This document shows positions 23,376 through 32,647 of a stretch of DNA of 64,000 bases, in pieces (the stretch's first letter is position 1; each line of letters starts with the position of its first letter). The stretch covers positions 5,439 through 69,438 of the forward strand of contig JBAXCK010000001.1 in the NCBI GenBank assembly GCA_037141465.1, read 5' to 3'. The stretch is from Mycobacteriaceae bacterium. GTDB lineage: Bacteria > Actinomycetota > Actinomycetes > Mycobacteriales > Mycobacteriaceae. A model generated the notes under the pieces. It searched no databases. It saw nothing but the letters and a program-made list of their open reading frames with translations, and was not told the origin of the DNA. The translations under genes were made by a program, and so were the position numbers.

Positions 23376-24395
23376 TCATCGGACGCCCTGCTCGGCGAGG
23401 ATCTCGGCCAGTTCGTAGAGGCTGCCGAGATCGACGCCGTCGGCGATGGTCGGCAGTTCCAGCAGGGGCGCGCGCAACTTCTCCAGCATCGCTTCGCTCT
23501 CCGAACGTGCACGAACCCGGGTGGCATGCTCGATGGTCTCGGTGAGCAGTCCTGCGAAATCGCTGTCGCCCAGGGTGATCCCCGCCTTCTTCAGACCGGC
23601 TCGCACCGCGTCGGCGTCGATATGACCTTCGGCCGCCTTGCTCAGATCCTCCGGTGGCAGGAACGAGGGGATGGTCCGGTTGATGATGACGCTGCCGACC
23701 GGGAGGTCGAGCCTCTCGAGTTCCTCGATCGCCTCGATCGTCTCCTGGATGGGCAGCGACTCCAGCAGTGTCACCAGGTGGATCGCGGTGTTCTCCGAGT
23801 GCAGAAGTTCCACCACGCCCTCGGCCTGTCCATGCACCGGGCCACCCTTGGCGATCTGGGTGAGCGCCTTGGTCACGTCCAGGAAGCGACCGATCCGGCC
23901 CGTGGGTGGAGAGTCCACCACCACCGCGTCGTAGGCGGGACGCCGCGAGCCGTCGACCCGCACGACGGACTCCTTGATCTTGCCGGTGAGCAGGATGTCG
24001 CGCAGGCCGGGTGCGATCGTCGTGGCGAACTCCACCACACCGATCCGCTTCATGGCCCGGCCCGCCAGGCCGAGGTTGTAGAACATCTCCAGGTATTCCA
24101 GGAAGGCGGCCTCGAGTTCGATGGCCAGGGCGTTGACGTGACCGCCGCCCTCGGCGGTGGCCACCTTGACCTCCTCGTAGGGCAGTGGTGGGACGTCGAA
24201 CAGTTGCGCGATGCCCTGGCGCTCTTCGACTTCCACGAGCAGAACCCGGCGCCCGCCGGCTGCCAGGGTGAGTGCGAGCGCCGCCGCGACCGTCGTCTTG
24301 CCGGTGCCGCCCTTGCCCGTGACGAAGTGCAGGCGGGCTTTGGTCAGCCGCGAGGACCAGCCGATCGAGGCTCGCTCCCCGGATTTGTTCGCCAC
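23376..24395 (-). CDS. ArsA/Get3-family ATPase (Rv3679 ortholog)
   Basis: [16 protein letters not shown]; TAGAGT -10 box 6 nt before GTG 24395. Confidence 0.93.
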   Translation of the reverse strand: MANKSGERASIGWSSRLTKARLHFVTGKGGTGKTTVAAALALTLAAGGRRVLLVEVEERQGIAQLFDVPPLPYEEVKVATAEGGGHVNALAIELEAAFLEYLEMFYNLGLAGRAMKRIGVVEFATTIAPGLRDILLTGKIKESVVRVDGSRRPAYDAVVVDSPPTGRIGRFLDVTKALTQIAKGGPVHGQAEGVVELLHSENTAIHLVTLLESLPIQETIEAIEELERLDLPVGSVIINRTIPSFLPPEDLSKAAEGHIDADAVRAGLKKAGITLGDSDFAGLLTETIEHATRVRARSESEAMLEKLRAPLLELPTIADGVDLGSLYELAEILAEQGVR

Positions 24396-24438
24396 CACTG
24401 CACTCTATCCAAGGGTGGCAGCCGGATAGTCTTTCGCT

Positions 24439-24612
24439 ATGAGCCAGACGAACACGTGGGAATACGCGACCGTTCCATTGCTGACCCACGCGACCAAGCA
24501 GATACTCGACCAGTGGGGCGCCGACGGCTGGGAGCTGGTTTCGGTGCTTCAGGGACCGACCGGTGAGCAGCACGTCGCCTACCTCAAGAGGCCGCTGGGC
24601 GGCAATCGGTGA
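24439..24612 (+). CDS. DUF4177 small protein (Rv3678A ortholog), 57 aa, absent from the ORF track
   Basis: MSQTNTWEYATVPLLTHATKQILDQWGADGWELVSV...AYLKRP; TAGTCT -10 box 6 nt upstream; GTGA overlap with the next gene. Confidence 0.9.
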   Translation: MSQTNTWEYATVPLLTHATKQILDQWGADGWELVSVLQGPTGEQHVAYLKRPLGGNR

Positions 24613-25064
24613 GCGTTCGCGCGAGGCTGGCCGAACTCGGCGTCGAACTGCCCGCGGTGGCCAAGCCGCTCGCGGCTTATGTCCCCGCCGCGCGCACCGG
24701 CAACCTGGTCTACACCTCCGGTCAGTTGCCGCTGGCCGGCGGGGAACTGGTCCGCACCGGGAAGGTGGGCGCCGACGTCACACCGGAGGACGCCAAGACC
24801 GCGGCTCGGATCTGTGCGCTGAACGCACTGGCCGCGATCGATGCCCTGGTCGGCCTGGACGCCGTGACACAGGTGGTGAAGGTGGTCGGATTCGTCGCCT
24901 CCGCGCCCGGGTTCAGCGGCCAGCCGGGAGTGGTCAACGGAGCCTCGGAGTTCCTCGGTGAGGTGTTCGGTGACGCCGGCGTGCATGCCCGCTCAGCGGT
25001 CGGCGTCGCCGAGCTGCCGCTGGACGCCCCCGTCGAGGTGGAGCTCATCGTCGAGGTGAGGTGA
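24609..25064 (+). CDS. RidA/YjgF family protein (Rv3678c ortholog)
   Basis: YTSGQLP, VNGASE, HARSAVGVAELPLDAPVEVE. Confidence 0.93.
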   Translation: MSVRARLAELGVELPAVAKPLAAYVPAARTGNLVYTSGQLPLAGGELVRTGKVGADVTPEDAKTAARICALNALAAIDALVGLDAVTQVVKVVGFVASAPGFSGQPGVVNGASEFLGEVFGDAGVHARSAVGVAELPLDAPVEVELIVEVR

Positions 25065-25840
25065 GCGCGCCGGCACACCCCGCCTACGGGGTGCTGCGAC
25101 CGGTGACCGACACCGCGTCGGTGCTGCTGTGCGACAACCCGGGCGTCATGACCCTGGACGGCACCAACACCTGGGTGTTGTGCAAACCCGGCGCCGATGA
25201 CGTGGTGATCGTCGATCCGGGACCCGGCGACGACGCTCACATCAATCGGTTGGCACAGCTGGGACCGGTCGCGCTGGTGCTGATCACGCACCGCCACGGC
25301 GACCACACCGACGGCATCGACAAACTGGTCGCTGCGACCGGCGCGCCGGTCCGCGCGGTCGGCAGCGGATTTCTGCGGCGCCTCGGCCGCCCACTGTTCG
25401 ACGGCGAGATCGTCGAGGCGGCCGGACTGCGGATCGAGATCATGGCGACCCCGGGGCATACCAACGACTCGCTGAGCTTCGTGCTCGATGACGCGGTGCT
25501 CACCGGCGACACCGTCCTGGGACGCGGAACCACAGTGATCGACGACGAGGACGGCAGCCTGGCGGACTACTTCGCCTCGCTGCGGCGTCTGCAGGAGTTG
25601 GGTGCGCGCACAGTCCTGCCGGGACACGGTCCCGAACTCGCCGACCTGGCCGCAGTCGCGCAGATGTACACCGACCACCGCCACGAGCGGCTGGGTCAGA
25701 TCCGCGCGGCGTTGCTGGCGCTCGGGGACGATGCCAGCCCGCGTCAGGTGGTCGAGCACGTCTATGCCGACGTGGATGAAAAACTCTGGGACGCAGCCGA
25801 ATCCTCGGTGCGCGCGCAGTTGGATTTCCTGCGCGCCTAG
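25061..25840 (+). CDS. MBL-fold hydrolase (Rv3677c ortholog)
   Basis: THRHGDH, TPGHT, TGD, PGHG. Confidence 0.92.
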   Translation: MSAPAHPAYGVLRPVTDTASVLLCDNPGVMTLDGTNTWVLCKPGADDVVIVDPGPGDDAHINRLAQLGPVALVLITHRHGDHTDGIDKLVAATGAPVRAVGSGFLRRLGRPLFDGEIVEAAGLRIEIMATPGHTNDSLSFVLDDAVLTGDTVLGRGTTVIDDEDGSLADYFASLRRLQELGARTVLPGHGPELADLAAVAQMYTDHRHERLGQIRAALLALGDDASPRQVVEHVYADVDEKLWDAAESSVRAQLDFLRA

Positions 25841-25844
25841 CTAG

Positions 25845-26519
25845 CTAGCGCGCGCGGCGGGCGAGCCGTTCTGAGTCGCAGATCAGGACACTCTTGCCCT
25901 CAAGCCGGATCCAGCCGCGGTGGGCGAAGTCGGCGAGGGCTTTGTTCACCGTCTCACGCGATGCGCCGACCAGCTGGGCGATCTCCTCCTGGGTGAGGTC
26001 GTGGGTCACCCGCATGGCGCCGCCCTCCTGGGTGCCGAAGCGCTGCGCCAGTTGCAACAGCTGCTTGGCCACCCGACCCGGTACGTCGGTGAAGATCAGG
26101 TCCGCCAGGTTGTTGTTGGTACGGCGCAGGCGACGGGCAAGCACCCGCAGCAGCTGCTCGGAGATCTCGGGACGGTCGGAGATCCAGGCCTTCAGCGCAT
26201 CGCGGTCCATCGACACCGCACGCACCTCGGTGATCGTGGTGGCGCTCGACGTGCGCGGGCCCGGGTCGAAGATCGACAGCTCGCCGAACATGTCCGACGG
26301 CCCCATGATCGTCAGCAGATTCTCCCTGCCGTCGGGCGACCGTCGGCCGATCTTCACCTTGCCGCTGATGATGATGTAGAGCCGGTCGCCGGGCTCGCCC
26401 TCCGAGAACACGGTGTGCCCGCGCGGAAAGTCCACCGGTTGCAGCTGCTTGGTCAGCGCCGCGACGGCACTCGGATCGACACCCTGGAAGATTCCGGCCC
26501 TCGCCAGGATCTCGTCCAC
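25845..26519 (-). CDS. crp: cAMP receptor protein
   Basis: [50 protein letters not shown]. Confidence 0.97.
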   Translation of the reverse strand: MDEILARAGIFQGVDPSAVAALTKQLQPVDFPRGHTVFSEGEPGDRLYIIISGKVKIGRRSPDGRENLLTIMGPSDMFGELSIFDPGPRTSSATTITEVRAVSMDRDALKAWISDRPEISEQLLRVLARRLRRTNNNLADLIFTDVPGRVAKQLLQLAQRFGTQEGGAMRVTHDLTQEEIAQLVGASRETVNKALADFAHRGWIRLEGKSVLICDSERLARRAR

Positions 26520-26599
26520 GTCGTCTCTCCTAGCTCATCGAGGTGTGCCGGCCCACGATCAAGCCTAGAAGGATCGCTGCAGCGTCGGACTAGCCAACG

Positions 26600-26893
26600 C
26601 TACACAGGATTGACGATTCCCGACGGCTGAAACTTCGGATTCGGTCGGGTCGGCAGACCCGGTTCGTCGATGAGGAGCAGCGGGTCCAACCGACCCCCCG
26701 CGGTCAGCCCACCCAGTTCGCTCAAGGTCTGCTGGGCCGCTTTCTCCCGTGCCGCTCGCGCGGCCTGCTCAAGGTGGGCGACGACCTCGGTGGCGGTCGG
26801 ACCATCGCCGTTCATCACACTCTCGAGACGCTGCAGGCCGTAGGTCGACAGCATCAACATCGTGGGGATGCACGCCGCGAGCAACCAGGACAT
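26600..26893 (-). CDS. Conserved small protein (Rv3675-like)
   Basis: MSWLLAACIPTMLMLSTYGLQRLE...GLPTR..NPKF; synteny between crp and nth. Confidence 0.8.
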   Translation of the reverse strand: MSWLLAACIPTMLMLSTYGLQRLESVMNGDGPTATEVVAHLEQAARAAREKAAQQTLSELGGLTAGGRLDPLLLIDEPGLPTRPNPKFQPSGIVNPV

Positions 26894-26973
26894 AGCGGGG
26901 AGTTAACCGGCATCAGGTCTCATCGGGATCACGAAATACCGACGGTCTGTCGGCGGTCAGTACCCTGGCTGCC

Positions 26974-27744
26974 GTGGCGAAACGGGATTCGAAGCCGAAC
27001 TCCCCGCGGGGCTCGAAATGGGATTCCGAAACCCATGTGGGCCTGGTGCGCCGCGCACGCCGGATGAATCGCACGCTGGCTGTCGCCTTTCCCGATGTTT
27101 ACTGCGAACTTGACTTCAGCAACCCGCTCGAACTGGCGGTCGCCACCATCCTGTCGGCGCAGAGCACCGACAAGCGGGTCAACCTGACCACCCCCGCGCT
27201 GTTCGCGAAGTACCGGACCGCGCGGGATTACGCGGAGGCCGATCGCGGGGAGATCGAGGAATTGATCCGGGCGACCGGTTTCTACCGGAACAAAACGACG
27301 TCGCTGATCCGCCTCGGGCAGGAGCTCCTCGAGCGCTTCGACGGCGAGGTGCCGGCGACACTTGAGGAGTTGGTGACGTTGCCGGGAGTGGGCCGCAAGA
27401 CTGCCAACGTGATTCTCGGCAACGCGTTCAGCATCCCGGGGATCACCGTCGATACACATTTCGGCCGCCTGACGCGACGCTGGCGATGGACAGCGGAAAC
27501 CGATCCGGTGAAAGTCGAGCACGCCGTCGGTGAACTCATCGAGCGCAGCGAGTGGACGCTGCTGAGCCACCGCGTGATTTTCCACGGCCGCCGGGTGTGC
27601 CACGCGCGCAAGCCGGCGTGCGGCGTCTGCGTGCTGGCCAAGGACTGCCCGGCCTTCGGAACCGGACCGACCGATCCGACGGTGGCCGCCGCGTTGGTCA
27701 AGGGTCCCGAGACCGAGCACCTGCTGGCCCTCGCGGGGTTGTAG
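26974..27744 (+). CDS. nth: Endonuclease III
   Basis: HhH motif [11 protein letters not shown]; VDTH; 4Fe-4S motif [13 protein letters not shown]; TACCCT -10 box 7 nt before GTG. Confidence 0.96.
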   Translation: MAKRDSKPNSPRGSKWDSETHVGLVRRARRMNRTLAVAFPDVYCELDFSNPLELAVATILSAQSTDKRVNLTTPALFAKYRTARDYAEADRGEIEELIRATGFYRNKTTSLIRLGQELLERFDGEVPATLEELVTLPGVGRKTANVILGNAFSIPGITVDTHFGRLTRRWRWTAETDPVKVEHAVGELIERSEWTLLSHRVIFHGRRVCHARKPACGVCVLAKDCPAFGTGPTDPTVAAALVKGPETEHLLALAGL

Positions 27745-28404
27745 ATGAGCGCCTCGGCCCGGTGGACGTTCGCCGTCGTGGCGGTGCTGGCGGCACTCGG
27801 TGTCGGTATGGCCACCGAAATGCGGCAGGCCGGCGATCCTGCGCCCACCGGACCGGCGGCGCAGCAGCCTCGGGAACACCGCGACGCCGACACGCCCCAG
27901 GCGCTCGCCGGGCCGCGGAGGAAGGCGGATCTGCCGCCGTGCCCGACGGCGCTGGGCGGAGCCGGTCCCGACGTGCTGCGCGGCATCGTCGTCGAGTGCG
28001 CGGCGGACGGTTCGCCGGTGGACGTGGCGCCCGCCCTCGCCGGACGTGTGGTGGTACTCAACCTCTGGGCGTACTGGTGCGCGCCCTGCGCCGAGGAGTT
28101 GCCGGCGATGGCGGACTATCAGCGCCGCTCCGGCGACGCGGTGACGGTGGTGACCGTCCATCAGGACGAGAACGAGACCGCGGCCCTGCTGCGGATGGCT
28201 GAACTCGGCGTGCGGTTGCCGGTGCTGCAGGACGGCCGCCGCAGTATCGCCGCCGCCCTCGGTGTCCCCAACGTGATGCCCGCGACCGTTGTCCTGCGCC
28301 GTGACGGAAGTGTCGGCGGCGTGCTCGCGCAGTCGTTCACCACCGCCGACCAGATCGAGGCGGCGGTGTCCTCGGCGTTGGGGCGATCCGGAGCCCCCCG
28401 GTGA
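27745..28404 (+). CDS. Membrane-anchored TlpA-family thioredoxin (Rv3673c ortholog)
   Basis: N-terminal TM; WAYWCAPC. Confidence 0.9.
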   Translation: MSASARWTFAVVAVLAALGVGMATEMRQAGDPAPTGPAAQQPREHRDADTPQALAGPRRKADLPPCPTALGGAGPDVLRGIVVECAADGSPVDVAPALAGRVVVLNLWAYWCAPCAEELPAMADYQRRSGDAVTVVTVHQDENETAALLRMAELGVRLPVLQDGRRSIAAALGVPNVMPATVVLRRDGSVGGVLAQSFTTADQIEAAVSSALGRSGAPR

Positions 28405-29147
28405 GCGAGCCCGATCCTGTGACGCCCTCGGCTTCGCCGCCGTGGCTGGCGCAGCTCATCGACAACGTCGACCGCGTGCCGCACGCCTACCGCCGGCGCG
28501 TACCGCCGGAACTGCTGACTGCCCTGACCGGTGCCCGTGACGCCGCCGGCTCGACGCGGGACGCCGCCGTGCTGGTGCTGTTCTCCGGACCCCACGGCGA
28601 GCATCCTCCCGGAACGGTGCCCGACGATGCAGACCTGCTGCTGACGGTCCGGGCCGCCACCCTGCGCCATCACGCTGGCCAGGCGGCCTTCCCCGGCGGG
28701 GCCGCCGACCCGCAGGACGCGGGACCGGTGCACACCGCTCTGCGTGAAGCGAACGAGGAGACCGGCCTTGACCCGTCGCGGCTGCGGCCGTTGGCAACGC
28801 TGGATCGAATGTTCATCCCGCCATCGGGTTTTCACGTGGTGCCGGTGCTGGCGTACTCGCCGGATCCCGGCCCGGTCGCTGTCATGGACTCCGCGGAGAC
28901 CGCACGCGTCGCCCGGGTGCCGCTGCGCGCCTTCATCAACCCGGAGAATCGTCTGATGGTGTACCGCACCGGCGCCCCCAGGGGGTTTGCCGGCCCGGCC
29001 TTTCTGCTCAATGAGATGCTGGTCTGGGGATTCACCGGTCACGTAATCTCGGCGATGCTCGATGTGGCTGGATGGGCCCGACCATGGAACACCGACGACG
29101 TCCGCGAACTGGACGAGGCCATGGCGCTCGTCGACGACGATAGGTAG
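28401..29147 (+). CDS. Nudix CoA pyrophosphatase (Rv3672c ortholog)
   Basis: HAGQAAFPGG...ALREANEETG; VWGFTG. Confidence 0.92.
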   Translation: MSEPDPVTPSASPPWLAQLIDNVDRVPHAYRRRVPPELLTALTGARDAAGSTRDAAVLVLFSGPHGEHPPGTVPDDADLLLTVRAATLRHHAGQAAFPGGAADPQDAGPVHTALREANEETGLDPSRLRPLATLDRMFIPPSGFHVVPVLAYSPDPGPVAVMDSAETARVARVPLRAFINPENRLMVYRTGAPRGFAGPAFLLNEMLVWGFTGHVISAMLDVAGWARPWNTDDVRELDEAMALVDDDR

Positions 29148-29157
29148 TGAGGACGCT

Positions 29158-30348
29158 GTGACGGGTTCGCAATGGCTGGACATCGCCGTGATCGGTGTGG
29201 CGCTTGTCGCGGCCATCTCGGGCTGGCGCTCCGGTGCGCTGGGTTCCCTGATGTCCTTCGTCGGTGTCATCCTCGGAGCGATCGCCGGAGTGATGCTCGC
29301 CCCGCACATCGTGGGCCATATCAGCTCATCGCGGGCGAAGCTGTTCGCCGCGCTGTTCTTGATCCTCGCCCTGGTCGTGGTCGGCGAGATCGCCGGCGTG
29401 GTGCTGGGGCGTGCAGTGCGCGGATCGATCCGCAGCGGACCGGTTCGTGCGCTCGACTCGGTCGTCGGCGTCGTCGTGCAATTGGTGGTGGTCCTGGTCG
29501 CAGCCTGGCTGCTGGCCAGTCCGCTGACCTCGTCCGGACAGCCCAATCTCGCAGCGGCCGTGAGTGGTTCCAAAGTGGTGGCCGAGGTGGACAGGTACGC
29601 GCCGGAGTGGCTGCGGACCGTGCCCAAGCGGATGTCGGCGCTCCTGAGCACCTCCGGCCTACCGGACGTCCTGGAACCCTTCGGACGCACCCCGATCCAG
29701 TCGGTCGATGCACCCGACGCCTCGCTGGCCGACAGTCTCGTGGTGGGTCAGGCCCGCGCGTCGGTGGTGAAGATCAAGGGCATCGCTCCGGAGTGCCAGA
29801 AAGTCCTCGAGGGCACCGGTTTCGTGATCGCACCCAACCGGGTCATGTCCAACGCGCACGTCGTCGCCGGCGCCGACAACGTGACCGTCGAGGCGGAAGG
29901 CAACACCTACACCGCCACCGTGGTGTCGTATGACCCCAACGCCGACATCTCCATCCTCGATGTACCGAATCTGCCGCAGCAACCGCTCGTCTTCGCCGAC
30001 CAGCCGGCCCGCTCCGGCACCGACGCCGTCGTTCTCGGCTACCCGGGAGGCGGGAATTTCGCCGCGACCCCGGCCCGGGTCCGGGAGATCATCGAACTGA
30101 GCGGTCCGGACATCTACAAGACGACCACCGTCAACCGCGAAGTCTATACAATCAGAGGCATTGTGCGTCAAGGCAATTCGGGTGGTCCGATGATCAACCG
30201 AGCCGGCCAGGTGATCGGCGTGGTGTTCGGTGCGGCCGTCGACGATAACGACACCGGCTTCGTCATGACCACCAACGAGGTGTCCCGGCAGTTGGCCAAG
30301 ATCGGTAACACCGCGAAGGTGCCGACGGGGGCCTGCGTCAAGGAGTGA
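29158..30348 (+). CDS. marP: Membrane serine protease MarP (Rv3671c)
   Basis: Four N-terminal TMs; triad SNAHVV / DISIL / GNSGG. Confidence 0.95.
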   Translation: MTGSQWLDIAVIGVALVAAISGWRSGALGSLMSFVGVILGAIAGVMLAPHIVGHISSSRAKLFAALFLILALVVVGEIAGVVLGRAVRGSIRSGPVRALDSVVGVVVQLVVVLVAAWLLASPLTSSGQPNLAAAVSGSKVVAEVDRYAPEWLRTVPKRMSALLSTSGLPDVLEPFGRTPIQSVDAPDASLADSLVVGQARASVVKIKGIAPECQKVLEGTGFVIAPNRVMSNAHVVAGADNVTVEAEGNTYTATVVSYDPNADISILDVPNLPQQPLVFADQPARSGTDAVVLGYPGGGNFAATPARVREIIELSGPDIYKTTTVNREVYTIRGIVRQGNSGGPMINRAGQVIGVVFGAAVDDNDTGFVMTTNEVSRQLAKIGNTAKVPTGACVKE

Positions 30349-31288
30349 GCGAGGCGACGAGCCGTTGCAGTTCGGCGTTGACCGGTTCGGGCTGTTCCTC
30401 GTGCGCGAAGTGCCCGGCGCCCGGCACCGTGGTGAAGCGACCTCGGGGTGCATAACGGCGGCTTCCCTCCACCGCGACTGGCAGAACGTAGGGATCCTCG
30501 GTGCCGCGCAGATGCAGCAGCGGGACCGTGACAGGACGCCTCATCAGTGCCATGAACCGCGCGCCCTCGCTGCGCAGTTGGCTGCGCACCGCCCATCGCT
30601 GGTACTCCAGCGCCGAGTGTGCGGCCGCTGGGATCTGAATCGCTTGGCGCAGGTGGGCGACGGTCTGGGAAAAATCCTGGGATGCAGCCCATTTCGCGGA
30701 GGATCGGCTTCGCACGAGGACCTCGACCTCGGCTCCGCCGTCGCGGGTCAGGACGTGCTCGGGCCAGCGGGGGACCTGATAGCCGATCAGTGTGGGCAGC
30801 AGTGCCCGACTCTGGTCGCGGTTTGTGATGACCGCTTTCTTCAGCGCCGCCGGGTGCGGTGAGCTCACGAGCCCGATGGCATCCACCATCCGGGAGTGCA
30901 GCACCGCGGTAGCCCAGCACACCAGACCGCCGTCGGCATGGCCGACGAGGACCGCTGAGGAGTGGCCCAGCGCCCGGATCAACCCGGCGGTGTCGCCGGC
31001 CAGCGTCCACCCGTCGTATCCGCGGGGTGGCTTGTCGCTGCCGCCGTACCCGCGGAGGTCGACGGCGACGACACGTGCGGCGCTCAGACCGCGAAGCTGA
31101 TGCCGCCAGGACCACCAGAACGAGGCGAACCCGTGCAGCAGGAGAACCAGCGGCTTGGCCGTCGGCGGGGTGTCGTCGTCGGCTTCGGCGACGGCCTCCA
31201 CGCACTGGAACCGGATTCCGTTGGCGTGGATGTCGTGATGACGCCAGGGCCCCGGGATCCGCGTGACCGACGGGTCGGCTCGGATCAC
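30338..31288 (-). CDS. Alpha/beta hydrolase (EphE/Rv3670-like)
   Basis: LLHGF, DLRGYGGSDKP, GHADGG, GHFAHEE. Confidence 0.9.
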   Translation of the reverse strand: MIRADPSVTRIPGPWRHHDIHANGIRFQCVEAVAEADDDTPPTAKPLVLLLHGFASFWWSWRHQLRGLSAARVVAVDLRGYGGSDKPPRGYDGWTLAGDTAGLIRALGHSSAVLVGHADGGLVCWATAVLHSRMVDAIGLVSSPHPAALKKAVITNRDQSRALLPTLIGYQVPRWPEHVLTRDGGAEVEVLVRSRSSAKWAASQDFSQTVAHLRQAIQIPAAAHSALEYQRWAVRSQLRSEGARFMALMRRPVTVPLLHLRGTEDPYVLPVAVEGSRRYAPRGRFTTVPGAGHFAHEEQPEPVNAELQRLVASLTP

Positions 31289-31773
31289 CAGCCGGACTGG
31301 TCAGCCGGCGGCGAACCACTCTTCAGCGCGGCCGGTGTCAAGGCGGCGGTGGTCTCGCGCACACTCGCAATGGTGTCCTGGGGACCCTTGATCCGCCGGA
31401 CTTTCCGGTAGCCGAGCAGGCCGAAGACGGCGGTGACGACCAGCATCAGGACGAACACGATGAGGAATGCGGCCCAGCGCCACAGCCACGTGTCGAGCAG
31501 TTCGGCCAGGAAGAAGAACATGAAGAAGGTGGAGTAGAGCAGCACCACCAGGGCAAGGATGAAGAAGACACTCCCGGTGAGGCCCTTCTTCACGTCCCGG
31601 GTGATCTCGGACTTCGCCAGCTCCACCTCGGCCCGGACCAGCGTCGACATCTGCGCCGTCGCGTCGCGCACCAACTCGCCGATCGACGGGTCCGGCGACA
31701 CCGCACTGGGGTCTACCAGCGGAATCGACGTCACACTGGCGGGCACCCCGGTTGTGCGATCCCGATTGCTCAC
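31285..31773 (-). CDS. Phage-holin-family (DUF1469) membrane protein, Rv3669 ortholog
   Basis: SIGELVRDAT..STLVRAEVELAKSE; two TMs; GTGA overlap with the hydrolase. Confidence 0.85.
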   Translation of the reverse strand: MSNRDRTTGVPASVTSIPLVDPSAVSPDPSIGELVRDATAQMSTLVRAEVELAKSEITRDVKKGLTGSVFFILALVVLLYSTFFMFFFLAELLDTWLWRWAAFLIVFVLMLVVTAVFGLLGYRKVRRIKGPQDTIASVRETTAALTPAALKSGSPPADQSGW

Positions 31774-31911
31774 GGCTGTCCTCCAACGGTGGTTGCGGTC
31801 GGACTCATGGTGCCATGCCGATCTCGCCGGGGGATACCCGTCGCCGTGTTGCGCAAGTTACTGGTGGGGCTGGAGATAGACTGGTCGCTGACGACGTCGA
31901 TGGAGGTATCA

Positions 31912-32634
31912 GTGATCACCGCACTGTCCGCGCAGCGGATGGCGGGGGCGGCTGTCCTCGTGGCCGGCACCCTTCTCGCACTGCCCGCCGCGCCCGCCGG
32001 CGCCGGTGACACGACGCCGATCGGGGGCGGCGCCGGAATCGTCGTCGACAAGGACACCTTCTGCACCCTGACCGCGATCGGCACCGACAAGACCGGGGCG
32101 CTGATCGGATTCACCTCCGCGCACTGCGGCGGCCCCGGCGCCCAGGTCGCTTCGGAGGCCGCGCCGGACCACGGCGTGATCGGCACCATGGTCGCCGGCA
32201 ACGACGGCCTGGATTACGCGGTCATCCGGTTCGACCCGGCGAAGGTGACGCCGGTGTCGAACTGGAACGGATTCGCCATCGACGGCATCGGACCGGACCC
32301 GACGTTCGGTCAGGTCGCCTGCAAACTCGGCCGCACCACCGGGTACTCCTGCGGCGTCACCTGGGGGCCGGGTGAGAGTCCCGGCACCATCGTCAACCAG
32401 GTGTGCGGCCGTCCCGGTGACTCCGGGGCGCCGGTCACCGTGAACAACAAACTCGTCGGCATGATCCACGGAGCTTTCACCGACGGTCTGCCGACGTGTG
32501 TCATCAAGTTCATTCCGTTGCACACACCCGCTGTGACGATGTCGATCAATTCGATCCTGGCGGATCTGGCGTCCAAGGACCGTCCGGGCGCCGGTTTCGT
32601 GCCGACGGCCAACCCCGCCCCGGGACCCGCCTGA
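31912..32634 (+). CDS. Secreted S1-family protease (Rv3668c ortholog)
   Basis: Signal peptide; TSAHCG, DYAVI, GDSG; GGAGG SD before GTG 31912. Confidence 0.88.
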   Translation: MITALSAQRMAGAAVLVAGTLLALPAAPAGAGDTTPIGGGAGIVVDKDTFCTLTAIGTDKTGALIGFTSAHCGGPGAQVASEAAPDHGVIGTMVAGNDGLDYAVIRFDPAKVTPVSNWNGFAIDGIGPDPTFGQVACKLGRTTGYSCGVTWGPGESPGTIVNQVCGRPGDSGAPVTVNNKLVGMIHGAFTDGLPTCVIKFIPLHTPAVTMSINSILADLASKDRPGAGFVPTANPAPGPA

Positions 32635-32647
32635 GCTCCGCCGCCGG

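Noticed and set aside
26915-26935. CRP-like site between the Rv3675-like gene and nth
   Set aside because: Three mismatches to consensus; too weak
31285-31773. Phage-holin annotation as a sign of prophage
   Set aside because: Conserved core gene in syntenic position; no phage genes nearby
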